Assembly: GCF_009914755.1 (NCBI RefSeq)
Contig: NC_060925.1
DNA length: 64,000 nt
Reading direction: 5' to 3' (one strand)
From: the human T2T-CHM13v2.0 reference genome, Homo sapiens
Numbering within the stretch: the stretch's first letter is position 1; every line of letters begins with the position of its first letter. Positions 1 through 16,225 of the stretch are shown one piece after another. A model generated the notes under the pieces. The model was not told the DNA's origin and did not search any database. It saw only the letters and a list, made by a program, of their open reading frames with translations. The position numbers and the translations under genes were made by a program.

Positions 1-2970
<2,970 letters not shown>

Positions 2971-3580
2971 GTGAAGTCTTGATAATACAAAAAAATACTC
3001 TCCTCACCAATAACTACATATTTCTACTGTAGAGCATACTGATTCTTGCCTATCAGAATTCAGAATATCATGTTAATCAGGAAAATAAAGTAAATTATAA
3101 GACATAGGGAAAATCAAAGTGTTTTTTTTTGAAATAAAATACTTACTGTATTGGGGTCTCTAAGATTAAAAACACCCTCAACAGTTAACTTTGTGTTTAA
3201 TATTACATACCTATATATTTATAAAATTACTTGGTCATCATCAAATTCCACTAAAATATATTTTTTCTTTCCACAAATTTATTCACTTCACCAAATAGAA
3301 TAGGATGGTATGTCACAATCTTTTACATATCAACTTCAGTGAAAAATGATTTTTAAATGCAAATAGCAGATATTATAGGCATTATGAACTAGTGATCTGT
3401 AAGCAAAGCGATAATGAGGATAGTTTTATGGTCAATTGCATTGGAAATCAGAGCTAAAGCATTTAACTGCATTTATAAAGCAGACACACTAGTTTCTAAG
3501 AGGCAACCTCCCTCACTTGACAGATAAAACTTAACAATCATCAATCATTCAGTTTCAACAAGAAAAATAGTTTTCTATAA

Positions 3581-4194
3581 CAATGATTCTCTTCTCAGAC
3601 TTAGGTACATATTAACATTACCTGGAGACTTTAAAAACCCCATTTCCAGGTTTCATCCTATACAAATTAAATTTAGAGCTATAATACAGGCATTTTTTTT
3701 ATTGCTTCTAAAGGAAAAAAATGGATACATGTGTATAACGTGCAGGTTTGTTACACAGGTATACGTGTGCCATGGTAGTTTGCTGCACCTATTGACCCAT
3801 CCTCTAAGCTCCCTCCCCTCACCTCCACCCCTCAACAGGCCCCAGTGTGTGTTGTTCCACTCTCTGTGTCTATGAGGTCTCAATTTTCAACTCCCACTTA
3901 TGAGTGCGAACAAGTGGTGTTTGATTTTCTGTTCTTATGTTAGTTTGCTGAGGATGATGGCCTCCAGCTTCATCCATGTCACTGCAAAGGACATGATCTC
4001 ATTCCTTTTTATGACTGCATAGTATTCCATGGTGTATATGTGCCACATTTTTTTTTATCCAGTCTGTCACTGATGGGCATTTGGGTTGGTTCCATGTCCT
4101 TGCTATTGTAAATAGTGCTGCAATAAACGTACGTGTGCCTGTGTTTTTAATAATCTCAATGAGTTGCAAATGAAGTAAAGTTTGAGAACCAGTG
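3581..4194. mobile_element. MER5-type hAT MITE split by an L1PA insertion
   Basis: Ends caatgattctc...agact and agtttgagaaccagtg resemble MER5 TIRs; internal ttacctggagac motif. Confidence 0.6.
3693..4146 (-). mobile_element. L1PA (about PA8) 3' end, 5'-truncated
   Basis: Antisense L1 3'UTR (ggatacatgtg...gtgcaggtttgttacac...ctcccacttatgagtgcgaac). Confidence 0.9.
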
Positions 4195-5900
4195 TCCTAA
4201 GGCATAATTTGCATTGAAATCTTACATATTCTTATAAGCATTTATGTTTCGGAAAAAATATAGTTTTCAACATTGCTCCCCAATTTAAAATCAATTTTTA
4301 CATTCTTGTTACTGCATTAAGGGAATAAAACAGGTTTAAAAATAGAAGTATAACATATAATTAATATGTTAGTTAAATCAAATGATATACTTAATGTTTA
4401 TACATTTCAAGATTTAAAAAAAAATCTGTCCTTGCTGAAATTGACTTATTATTTCACTAATTTAGCTACAAACAACTGCTATTGCAAACATGCTCTGAAG
4501 TTGAGTTCCAAAAATACGGGCTCTGAATGCTTTTACAATCTGATCTGCTGTCCAATACTTCACAGGGCATATTTATAAACAAAGTAGATAGCAAATAAGC
4601 AGTTTATCTCTTTGCTTTTAAAAAAGGCTTAAGCATGTTAAAAAATATTTTAAAGTGAATTTGAAGTAAAAATAATCTTTAAAGTCCTAAGCTTCATGTT
4701 TGATTTCAAATGATAATTTTAGATCAAATCAATCTTGTACTCTTTAAAACAAACCTATACAGTGTTGATTAGTGTACTGAATCACTAAGGAACATTAAAA
4801 ATGCTATTAGTAAAACAAGAAACATTAAACTGGTGTTCTTTAAATAAAATGTAATCGAAAAAATTAAATAATTCTTCATTTGTTATATGTTCCATGAACC
4901 AGCATGTGCCAACATGTCCTGTTTGATATTAGTTTAGTTTTTTTTTTCAAGGAAGCCTGCTCTTTAGATTTGCAATTGGCATAAGCATAATAAAGTCTCC
5001 CAAAATGAAAACTTTCAGTAAAGATAACTATTACCTATGCAAGAAGTTCTCTATGACCCTCAAAAACACTGATCCAAGGTGAAGAAAAGGGTGAAATGAA
5101 ATTAGCAGTGTATTTTCTAGATGCAAGAAAAAAATATTAAACTGTGACAACAGGATAAATACATAGTAATAAATAAAGAGATAGAGATTTGTTTCTGCAA
5201 ACCAGGCTCAATAAAACTGGTTGGGCTTTGATTCACATGAGGAAGAACTGATGTAACTGAATTACAACAGCCAAAAGCCGAGATTGGAAATATTCGGGGT
5301 AATAATGTATTGTTTAATTTGTTGTTTTATGTTTTGCTTAAACTTTTATATTTTTATTTTCATTTGGTGAGTGATATAGTAAACTTTATGCCCCTCAAAA
5401 CATGTCTGCCTTATGCAGAAGTCAGTTGTGCAATATTTGTACAGAAAGTAAAGATGAATGACTCCAAGGCAATCCAAATGTTCTTATTGTTAATTTGATT
5501 TATTTTTAAATTATTTTAGATTTGTGAATTCCTTACTCTTTCTGAAAATCCTGAGTGGAATGGTTTATGAGTGGCACTGAATGACTTAATGGGCTTCCTT
5601 AGAAGAAACTATCAATATGGAGGAAGAAATGAGGAGGTGTTTGTGATATTAAAAAAAAATAGTCATACAAAGTAGTAAATTGACAAAGAACAAGATGATG
5701 TTTTAGAAGAGATGAGAGGTAATGTGTGAAGCCCAAGCAGGAATTTCTGCAATTCAGTTTTGTGAAAGATAAAGAAACTGATTTGGTCTGTTGTGAAAGT
5801 ATACGTAATTTTTTTACTCTCTCAAGTATTCAACTGCTAAGAGCTTTTAAGAGCCATGAGTATAAAGAGAGTTATCAGTTTTATTTACTATTTTGGTGAT

Positions 5901-6825
5901 TGTGGTAGGCTGAAAAATGCCCCTCCCCAAAAAATACATGTACTAATCCCTGGAACTTGCAAATGTTAACTTAATTAGCAAACACATCTTTACAGATGTG
6001 ATTAAGTTAAGGATCTCAACATTGACTTAGAAGCCTTACTCTTCCCCTCAGCTTGACTAAACTTTAGACAGATTTATGAATGATTATAAACTCCTGACCT
6101 CCCTTTAATTAGAGCCTTTACTTTAGAAAACTTTCAACTGTAAACTCTTTCCCTGTTCCTTTGAGATGCAAATCTACTCCCAGACTCTGGACAGTTTTAT
6201 AATCAGAAACGTTTTTCTCAAGGGCCAGGGAGCCATCTCTTTAAAATGTAATCGTAAAAAATATAGGGCTCCTATCTCCCAGGGTAAGAGCCAATCTTCT
6301 GTGGGTAACAAGAAGCAAACACAGATGGCCTAATAACACTAACCAACTTTCCCCTAAATTATCCTCCGGTATTTTCCACTAACTCACCCCACCTTTTGTT
6401 TAAATGACTTGAGGTAAATCTCTCCTCCCTATTGCAATAGTCTTAAATAAAGCTTTCCTTGTCTAAGTTGTTCAAAGCAATTTTTTTCCTTGACAACATG
6501 GAGTGATTAACCTGAATTATCCAGATGTTCCCTGAAGGCTATGAAAAGTAATCTTATAACAGGGAGTCCATGGAGAAGTACATGCAGAGAAAAGGAAGAC
6601 GCAACATGACCCCAAAGGCAGGGATTGCTGTAAGCATAATCACAGAATGCAGAAAGCCACCAAAAGCTGGAAGAAGCAAGAAAGTATTCTCCTGTAGAAC
6701 AAAGTGACAGTGCTCCTGCTGACACCTTGATTTTGGACCTCTGGCCCCCAGAATTGTGAAAAAATATTTTTTTTCAAGCAACCAACTTTGTGACAATTTT
6801 TATAACAGCCCTAGGGCACATAGAC
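5901..6825 (+). mobile_element. MLT1 (C/D-like) MaLR solo LTR, interrupted by an ERV1 LTR
   Basis: tgtggtaggctgaaaaatgcccc...cagatgtgattaagttaaggatctc / gagtgattaacctgaattatcc...ctgctgacaccttgattttggac. Confidence 0.85.
6023..6495 (+). mobile_element. ERV1-class solo LTR (subfamily not pinned)
   Basis: TG...CA ends, 4-bp TSD acat (6019-6022 / 6496-6499), AATAAA near 6445; removing it restores the MLT1 consensus. Confidence 0.8.
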
Positions 6826-7628
6826 TGATCAGAAAACATTTTTATTTGAGTGCATCATCTTAATATTATAATAGAAAAACTACTGTGAAAATATTAATTC
6901 CATTTGAAACTTTCTATATTGAGATCACTGTTTGATTAGGGCAGTATCATAAGAGTACCATATGTTGAAAACTACACTTTGTTTTCAAAACGAAAAGCAG
7001 TAGTGAATAAAACCAATCGTACTATTTTGTTTTAGCAAGAAACCTGATTTTTTTTCCTATTTACTATTGTTAAAATGATAGAATTGGGATAAGCCACTTG
7101 AGCACCTGTTTTTAAGAAGAATGCTGTTTATGTAGATTAATTCAACTGAAGCCCTGGAGATACTAATGAAATTTACCAATTTAGAATGAGCAGCTTCAGT
7201 ATGGATTTTTAATAAGAAAGCAGCTGCTCATCTAGAAGTAGTAGTAGCTAACGTCTGAAGGCCATGAGATTTGTCTGTTCTGGAAGATATGATAAGCAAG
7301 GAACAGATGGTTAGCATAAATAATTCAAAAGAGCTCTCCAGTCACTTGTTTTGGGAAAAACAATATGTTAAACTATGTTTACAAGGTTACTTGGAACTTT
7401 AGAAAAAAGAATTATTTCCTTTTCATGCTTTCTTTCAACATGAAGTTTAAAAAAATATTATAAGCATTTAAGGGTTAGTCCTCTAAAATCAATACGGCCT
7501 ATGATATCGAATGCATCACATAAGAGCATTAGATGTATTTTATATATGCAATCACAAGTAAATATATCTATGCCATCAGTGTAAATGTGGTTAAGGCTAA
7601 ATTGATGTTGACTTATGTATAGTTTTGG

Positions 7629-7751
7629 TTACATCTATAAAGTAAGACCAATTTTTATAATTAAAAAGATTACATCTATAAAATAAGACCAATTTTTATA
7701 ATTTAAAAGATTACATCTATAAAATAAGACCGATTTTTATAATTAAAAAGA
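7629..7751. repeat. Minisatellite, 3 x 41 bp (ttacatctataaartaagaccratttttataattwaaaaga)
   Basis: Copies start at 7629, 7670 and 7711; only 1-2 substitutions between copies. Confidence 0.95.
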
Positions 7752-9386
7752 GTTTGCTAGTACTTTTGTACATAGTTTGTCTTATTTGACTTTATTTTAC
7801 AGATTAAAAATCTGAAGGCACTCCCTTGGTGAAGAAAATGTAATCCTAGCCCTGCAGTTTTGTAATCTTAATAGGTACCTTAATTTTATAGCAAACTTTT
7901 TATATATCCCTTGCTAAATAATCTTATTTTTTTACTCTACCTAAAAAAGATTTAACATTGACACATTTATTCACTTTTCCTTCAAATTTTCCTATGTATT
8001 ATACGTATGAAGAATTCCTTTTCTTGTCTCTCATAGAAAGGTACATACATACCTATGCTTAATTTCGTCCAGAGCTGTAAGCTTTTCTAATGTGATCTAA
8101 ATTGGCTTTATCTTAACTAATTAACATTCTCTTCTTCATTTTTTTCTTCCTCTCAGTGGGAAAATATGATTAGCAACTTGCTAATTAAATAATTTTTACT
8201 GAACTCTGTATTTTCTTCAAGTCACCATTCTAAATTTATAACTATATCCATAATTGGAGTTCTTGAAAAAAAAGCTTGTTATCTCCACTTTCTTTCCACT
8301 CAATTATTCAATTATTCTTAAACTCATGTTCAGCTACACATTATCAAAAACCTCATATTTGGCACACCTTCTCAGTCCAAAATATTACATGTAAGATAAC
8401 TGTTGGCAGTTGTTCAAATGTTGTAAGCATGAGCTTTTTGAGCTAGATTGTATAGAAGCTGTTCTATTTTCTGTGGTGATTCTCATGTAACATTTTCAAA
8501 ACCAAGATTTATAAGTGTTACAGTTTCTATCACTATAAAGCAGACATTGCCATCAATCACTAATATATTATCCCAACCCTGGCTTCCAGGTCTCAGTTAT
8601 GCTTCTTTGTACATTAGATTTAGTTCCTTTAGGACTGCTACAATTCCACTCACCTACCAATAGCACCCTGCCTTCTGCATTTGGAGTACAATCATTAGTC
8701 AGCTGTGGCAGATAGATTTAGACTTCTTGGGTGCTATAAATCAAATAGTCAAATTGCTTGTTCAACACCAGATAATGGTTCTGCTAATGTGACATTTACT
8801 ATCTTCCTGGACATTTCAAATGTGCTTTGATATGGCCTTAGATCTGTAGTATACATTTTTCCTCCAAAAAACATTTAAACATGTGTTTGCATTCCAAAGT
8901 AAACAGTTATAATAACAGTTTCCTCAGCCAGAAATCCAAGAGAGAAGCACATATCTAGGCGTTAATAATGAGACATTAAAATAAAGCAATGGGTAAACAT
9001 AATCAGGAACTCAGGTACTTTGGTCATTATTGCTGCCTGTTTCCACAGTGGTTGGCCACATTAACTGATAGGTTTTTTTTTGTTTGTTTCTGTTCTGAAT
9101 ATATGTAACTCTTAAGAAAATTTTCATGAAAAATTACCCTTTGTGTTTTAGAAACAATAATTTAATTTGAGCCACTGTTTTTCTGAGATCCATGTTTGTC
9201 TCATTTAATAAGGGTCATCTATGAGTGGAGTCCAGATAGTCACTGAGAAACTTTCATGGGTACATTTAACATTGATATTTCTCCTTCAAACCAACCAAAT
9301 AAGGGTAGACTTGAAATAAGCTCATCGTTATTATAAATAATAAATTATTTATAATATAATAAAATACATAATAAATTATATATTAT

Positions 9387-11703
9387 TGTTTTAGTCTGTT
9401 CTCATGCCACTAATAAAGTCATAGGAGCGACCTGGCAATTTATAAAGAATGGAGATTTAATGGACTCACAGTTCCACATTGTGAGGCTGGGGAGGCCTCA
9501 CAATCATGGCGGAAAACAAAGGAGAAGCAAAGGTGCATTTTAAATGGTGGCAGGCAAGAGAGCTTGTGTAGGAGAACTCCCCTTTATAAAACCATCAGAT
9601 CTGATGAGATTCAATTACCTCCCATTGGGTCCCTCCCATGACATGTGGGGATTATAGGAGCTACAATTCAAGATGAGATTTGGAAAGAGACAGAGCCAAA
9701 CCATACCATTTCAGCACCTGGCCCCTACCAAATTTCATGTCCTTACATTTCAAAGCCAATCATGCCTTCCCAAGAGTTCCTCAAAGTCATAACTAATTTC
9801 AGCATGAACTCAAAAGTCCATAGTCCAAAGTCTCACCTGAAGCAAGGCAATTCCCTTCCATCTATGAGGCTGTAAAATCAAAAGCAAGTTAGTTACTTCT
9901 TAGATACAATGGGGGTACAGGCATTGGGTAAATACAGCCATTCCAAATCGGGGAAATTGGCCAAAACGAAGGGGCAACAGGCCCCATGCAATCTAGACTT
10001 CAGGAGGGCAGTCAAAACATACAGCTCCAAAATGATCTCTTTTGGCTCCATGTCTCACATCCAGGTCACACTTATGCAAGAGGTGGGCTCCCATAGCCTT
10101 GGGCAGCTCCACCTCTGTGGCTTTGCAGGGTACAGCCCTCCTTCTGGCTGATTTCACAGCTGGCATTAAGTGTCTGTGGCTTTTCCATGTGCAGAGGGCA
10201 AGCTGTTGGTGGGTCTACCATTCTGGGGTCTGGAGGACTGTATCCCTTTTCTCACAGATTCACTAGGCAGTTTTCCAGTAGGGACTCTGTGTGGGAGCTC
10301 CCACCCCACATTTCCCTTCCACACTGCCTTAACAGAGGGTCCCCATAATGGCTCCATCCCTGCAGCATACCTCTAACCTGGACATCCAGGCATTTCCATA
10401 CATCCTCTGAAATCTAGACAGAGGTTCCCAAACCTCAGTTCTTGACTCTGTGAACCCACAGGCCCAACACCACCTGTAAGCTGCCAAGGCTTGAAGCTAC
10501 CAACCCTCTGAAGGGTGCAAACAGTCTGAGCTGTATGTTGGCCCCTTTTGCTATGTCCGTGACATAAGGAACCAAGTCTCAAGACTGCACAAAGTGGCAA
10601 GGCCCTGGACCCAGCCCAGAAAATCATTTTTTTCTCCTAGGCCTATAGGCCTGTGATAGGAGAGACTGCTGTGAAAAACCTCTGACATGCCCTGGAGACA
10701 TTTTCCTCATTGTCTTGGCAATTAACATTTGGCTCTTTGTAACTTACACAAATTTCTGCAGCCATCTTGAATTTCTCCTCAGAAGATGGGTATTTTCTTT
10801 TCTACTGCATCATCAGGCTGCAAATTTTCTGAACTTTTATGCTCTGCTTTCCCTTTTAAATATAAGTTCCAATTCCAACCATATATTTGTGAATATATAC
10901 ATAAAACGGAATGATTTTAACAGCACCCAAATCACCTCTTGAATACTGTGCTGTTTAAAAACACACCAGATGTGTTTCTTGCACCAGATGCCCTAAATCA
11001 TCTCTGTCAAGTTCAAAGTTTCACAAATCTCTAGGGCAGGAGCAAAATGCTGCCAGTCTCTTTGCAAGGATTTATCAAGAGTCACCTTTGCTCAAGTTCC
11101 CAACAAGAGCCTCATCTCCATCTGAGACCACCTCAGTCTCGATATTATTGTTCATATCACTATCAACATTTTGGTAAAAACAAAATCAACAAGTCTCTAA
11201 GAAGTTCCAAACTTTCCTATACCTTCCTGTCTTTTGATCCCTCCAAACTCTTCCAACTTCTCCCTGTTAACCAGTTCCAAAGTCACTTCCACATTTTTTG
11301 ATATCTTAACAGCAGCACCCTACTCTTAGCACCAATTTACTGTGTTACTCTGTTACCACACTGCTAATAAAGACATACTAGAGACAGGATAATGTATAAA
11401 GGAAAGGGGCTTGATGGATTCACAGTTCCACATGCCTGGGGAGAGGCCTCACAATCATGGCAGAAGTCAAAGAAGCAAAGACACATCTTACATGATGGCA
11501 GGCAAGAGAGCTTGTGTAGGGGAACTCCCCTTTGTGAAACAATCAGATCTCATGAGACTTATTCATGATCATGAGAACAGCACAGGAAACACCCATTTCC
11601 ATCATTCAATTACCTCCCACTGGGTCCCTCCCATGACTTGTGGGGATTATAGGAGCTAAAATTTAAGATAAGATTTGCGTAAGGACAGAGCTAAACCATA
11701 TGA
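9387..11703 (-). mobile_element. Full-length THE1 (B/C-like) MaLR element: LTR 9387-9708, internal 9709-11340, LTR 11341-11703
   Basis: Two antisense THE1 LTRs around THE1-int; 5-bp TSD attat (9382-9386 / 11704-11708); the left LTR lacks ~47 nt present in the right LTR. Confidence 0.93.
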
Positions 11704-12187
11704 ATTATCAAACACATATCTCTTTGCCCTGGTTGTATAACCATTTTATTCTCTCATTCCATTTTTCCTGGAGGTACAATGAATTTGATAATAATTCTGA
11801 AATATTACTTCATCCACCACAAAATCTGAATCTAAGGAAGAGGAGAAACAAATGTCCAACGTTTGATAGACCAGAACATTTTACCTCCAACCTCAACCCT
11901 TTGGCTCTAATGGTTAGTTTAGTATTATGCAGATACCCAAACCAGAGCAATAAGGCTCCAAACTATTTATTTTTCTGTAATATTTGGAAACAAAACAAAA
12001 CCAAAACCAAAACATTTTCTTGTGTAGTCTAAGGTTATTGGATACAATTCTGATGATGCCAAAAGCCATCTTTGTCACAAGTTAGGAGAAAATTAGCCAA
12101 GATAGAAGTCAAAACAAAGAAAAGTTACAATAATTAAAGTGACACATTCCTAACAATTGCAATCTGCTATTCTTGTCAAGGCATAGG

Positions 12188-12228
12188 AAAAAAAAAAAAA
12201 ACAAAAACAAAAACAAACAAAAAAAAAA
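12188..12228. repeat. A-rich / (CAAAA)n tract
   Basis: Read directly. Confidence 0.9.
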
Positions 12229-13028
12229 CCTAACCATTTTTCTTTTTTCTAGGGAAAATTATACTTCATTAAGTATAAAACTTAAAATGGCAAAAAACAA
12301 AAATAACAAAATATAAAATATTCACCTTGTCTATGTGACAACTACCTGAATTGCCAGACTCATTTTCTACCATTTTTCCCTCTTAGTTTATGATACTGCA
12401 GTCCTGGTAATGACAGGAGCTGGCCTCACTATTGCCTAATTATTCTCCTAGATGTAGTTCAAGTGTTGACCTTTTCAGAAGCTTTTCCTTATTGTTTCTC
12501 ATCGATACACCAAGCTTTGTTTCCCTTCTTTGTAACAGTACCACTCAGAGTCTACCTGTGCCTTATTTATATTGGAATTTGTTTGGAAAGACAGATTTTG
12601 AGTTCTTCAAGGACACGATCTTGATCATTTTATAACTCTTATGGCTACTAGCACCTCTTCCTCAATAAATAGCTAAATTTGTGAATTATGCCAAAGTCTA
12701 TTGTCTTATGCCTGGCTATGAAAACTATTATTAGCTCCATCTTGAGATAATTTTAGACTTCAGATGAATTTAGAATTTGAATGGGAATAGAACATATAGA
12801 ACATGAACCAATAGATCTTAGAGACCATATATTATTCTCTATTCACAGAAAGCAGACTACACAAATGGATGACTGGTGTCAAAGAACCTCACTAGGAACA
12901 TAGAATTTCATATAACCTTTATTTTTATATATGAGACTTAGGAAATTAAACATATCAGCTTAGCCACAGATATAACTCCCAAATCCTAAATACACATTTT
13001 GTTCAATTAGTCATGTGATGATGGAAGA

Positions 13029-15320
13029 TGATAGGATTTGACTCTATGTCCCCACCCAAATCTCATCTTGTGGCTCCCATAATTCCTACATGTTGTGGGA
13101 GGGGCCCGGTAGGAGATGATTGAATCATGGGGCAGGTCTTTCCCATGCTGTTCCCAGGATAGTGGATGGTTTCATGAGATATCATGGTTATAAAAAACAG
13201 GAGTATCTCAGCACAAGCTCTTTTTTTGCCTGCCGCCATCCACATAAGATGTGACTTGTTCTGCCATGATTGTGAGGCCTCCCAACCCAGGTGGACTTAT
13301 AAGTCCAATTAAAAGCCTCTTTCTTTTGTAAATTTCCCAATCTTGAGTATGTCTTTATCAGCAGCATGAAAACGGAGTAAAACAGTAAATTGGTACCAGT
13401 AGAGTGGGGTGTTGCTGAAAAGATACCCAAAAATGGGGAAGCAACTTTGGAACTGGGTAACAGGCATAGGTTGGAACAGTTTGGAGGGCTCAGAAAAAGA
13501 CAGAAAAAATGTGGGAAAGTTTGGAACTTCCTAGAAACTTGTTGAATGGCTTTGACAAAAATGCTGATAGTGATATGAACAATAAGCTGAGGTGGTCTCA
13601 GATGAAGATGAGGAACTTGTTGACAATTGGAGCAAAGGCAGGTTTTGTTATGTTTTAGCAAAAAGACTACTGGCATTTTGCCCCTGCCCTAGAGATTTTG
13701 AAACTTTGAGCTTGAGAGAGATGATTTAAAGTATCTGGCAGAAGAAATTCCTAAGCAGCACAGCATTTAAGAGGTGATTTGAGTACTGTTAAAGGCATTC
13801 AATTTTATCAGGAAAGGAGAGCATAAAAATTTGGAAAATTTGCTGCCTGACAATACGATAGAAAAGAAAATCCCATTTTAGTTGAAGAAATTCAAGCTGG
13901 CTGCATAATTTGCATAAGTAACATGGAACCAAATGTTAATCACCAAGAAAATAGGGAAAATGTCTCCAGGGCATGACACAGGACTTTATGGCAGCCTCTC
14001 CTATTGCAGTCCCAGAAACCTAGGAGAAAACTGTGGTTCCATGGGCTGGGCCCAAGGTCACATGCTGTGTGTAGCCTAGGGACTTGGTGTCCTGCATCCC
14101 AGCTGCTCCAGCCGTGGTTGAAATAGACCAACATAGAATTCGGAACGTGGCTTCAAAAGGTGCAAGCCTTAATCAAGCCTTGCCAGCTTTCCCATGGTTT
14201 TCGGCCTGTGAATGCACGGAAGTCAAGAATTGGGGTTTGGGAACCTCTGCCTAGATTTCAGAATACACATGGAAATGCCTGGATGTCCAGGCAGAAGTTT
14301 GTTGCAGGGGTGAGGCCCTCATGGAGAGCCTATGCTAGGGCAGTGCAGAAGGGAAATGTGGCGTCAGAGGATCACCACAAAGTCCCTACTGAGGCATCAC
14401 CTAGTGGAGCTGTGAGAAGAGGGCCACCACCCTCCAGACCCTAGAATGGTACATCCACTGACAGCTTGCACCATATGCCTGGAAAAGTAGCAGATACTCA
14501 ATGCCAGCCCATGAAGACAGGTGGGAGGGAGACTGTACTCTTCAAAGCCACAGTGAAGAGCTGCCCAAGACCATGCAAACCTTCCTCTTGTATCAGCATG
14601 ATCTGGATGTGAGACATGAAGTCAAAGGAGATCATTCTGGAGCTTTAAGATTTGACTGCCCCACTGGATTTCAGACTTGCATGAGGCCTGTAGCTACTTT
14701 GTTTTGGCCAGTTTCTCCCATTTGGAATGGCTGTATTTATGCAATATCTGTACCCCCATTGTATCTAGGAAATAACTAACTTGCTTTTGATTTCACAGGA
14801 TCATAGGCAGAAGGGTCTTGCCTTGTCTTGAATGAGACTTCGTATTGTGGACTTTTGAGTTAATACTGAAATGAGTTGGTACTTTACAGGACTGTTGGGA
14901 AGGCATGATTGGTTTTAAAATGTGAACATACACGATTTGGGAGGGGCAAGAGGTGGAATGATATGGGTTGGCTCTATGTCCCCACCCAAATCTCATATTG
15001 TAGCTCCCATAATTCCTACATGCTGTGGGAGGGACCTCATGGGGGATGATTGAATCATTGGGACAGGTCTTTCCCATGCTATTGTGATAGTGAATGGGTC
15101 TCATGAGATCTGATGGTTTTAAAAAATGGGAGTTTGTCTGAAAAAAGTCTAGTTTTGCCTGTCATCATCCATATAAGATGTTACTTGCTCCTCCTTGCCT
15201 TCCGCCATGATTGTGAGGCCTCCCCAGCCATGTAGAACTGTAAGTCCAATTAAACCTCTCTTTTGTAAATAGCCCATTTCAGGTAAGTCTTTATCAGCAG
15301 CATGAAAATGGCCTAATACA
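13029..15320 (+). mobile_element. Full-length THE1 (A/B-like) MaLR element: LTR 13029-13384, internal 13385-14958, LTR 14959-15320
   Basis: tgata.g..ttg.ctctatgtccccacccaaatctc... both LTRs; gtaaattggtacc at the start of the internal part; perfect 5-bp TSD gaaga (13024-13028 / 15321-15325). Confidence 0.95.
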
Positions 15321-15815
15321 GAAGATTAGTTAACCATGAGGGTCATTTGCCCAGCACAGAGTACCAAATACAGAATGCATGAACAGATCCCCTATACTTG
15401 AGCTCCATTTAGGTTATTGTAATAATAAACATGGCCTAGGAAGCTGTCATTTTTACAAATGGGCTTAATCCATGGAAAATGTATTACCATTTTGACTTGC
15501 ATTCAATTTTCTTCAATTCTGTACCAAGATGATTTCTGTAAAATTCTATTAGTTAAAGTTATGTATTACTCTCTTTCACAAAGAGTAAGTAAGACACATA
15601 GATTTTATTGTTAATATGAAGTGTAGTTATAACTTCCATATTATATGACAACATAGTACTTTAAAGGCTTTATAATTCATTGAGAACAATCTATATTTAT
15701 TCACAAATGGATTGGGTTTTTAAAACATATGCCTCTAAAGGACCATGAGATGCAGTTGGGATGAAAAGAGAACAAAATATTTTTAAAAGAGGCACATTGC
15801 AAAAGTACTTATCAA

Positions 15816-15838
15816 ATATATATATGTATGTGTGTGTG

Positions 15839-15869
<31 letters not shown>

Positions 15870-15878
15870 ATATATATA

Positions 15879-15910
<32 letters not shown>

Positions 15911-15917
15911 CATATAT
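15816..15917. repeat. Compound (TA)n/(TG)n microsatellite
   Basis: Read directly; ~100 bp of alternating purine-pyrimidine. Confidence 0.95.
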
Positions 15918-16164
15918 CTTACAACTCCAATTGACTGGATGTCTCTATAGCCCTCTATGCTCCTGGGAAGGTTTTTCACATACCTTCTAGAATGTTATCA
16001 TCAAAGTTGTTTCAAAATTTTAAAATGCTGGAAAGTTCAAACATTGTTTTAAAGATTGTTGAACAGATGTAGTTTCCCCTAGGAGATTTCCCTAATAGTA
16101 AATACCTTCTGAGAACTTCAAAATATAAGTGTGCATTTTAGCAGAAAGCAAGATATCACTAAAG

Positions 16165-16168
<4 letters not shown>

Positions 16169-16222
<54 letters not shown>
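16169..16222. repeat. Pure (TA)27 microsatellite
   Basis: Read directly. Confidence 0.95.

Positions 16223-16225
<3 letters not shown>

Noticed and set aside
7629-7751. Direct repeats of CRISPR-like length
   Set aside because: Head-to-tail with no spacers, in primate DNA; a minisatellite.
9645-15104. Many 60-160 aa ORFs
   Set aside because: All lie inside the two THE1 elements; fragmented MaLR sequence with no coherent reading frame or splice support.
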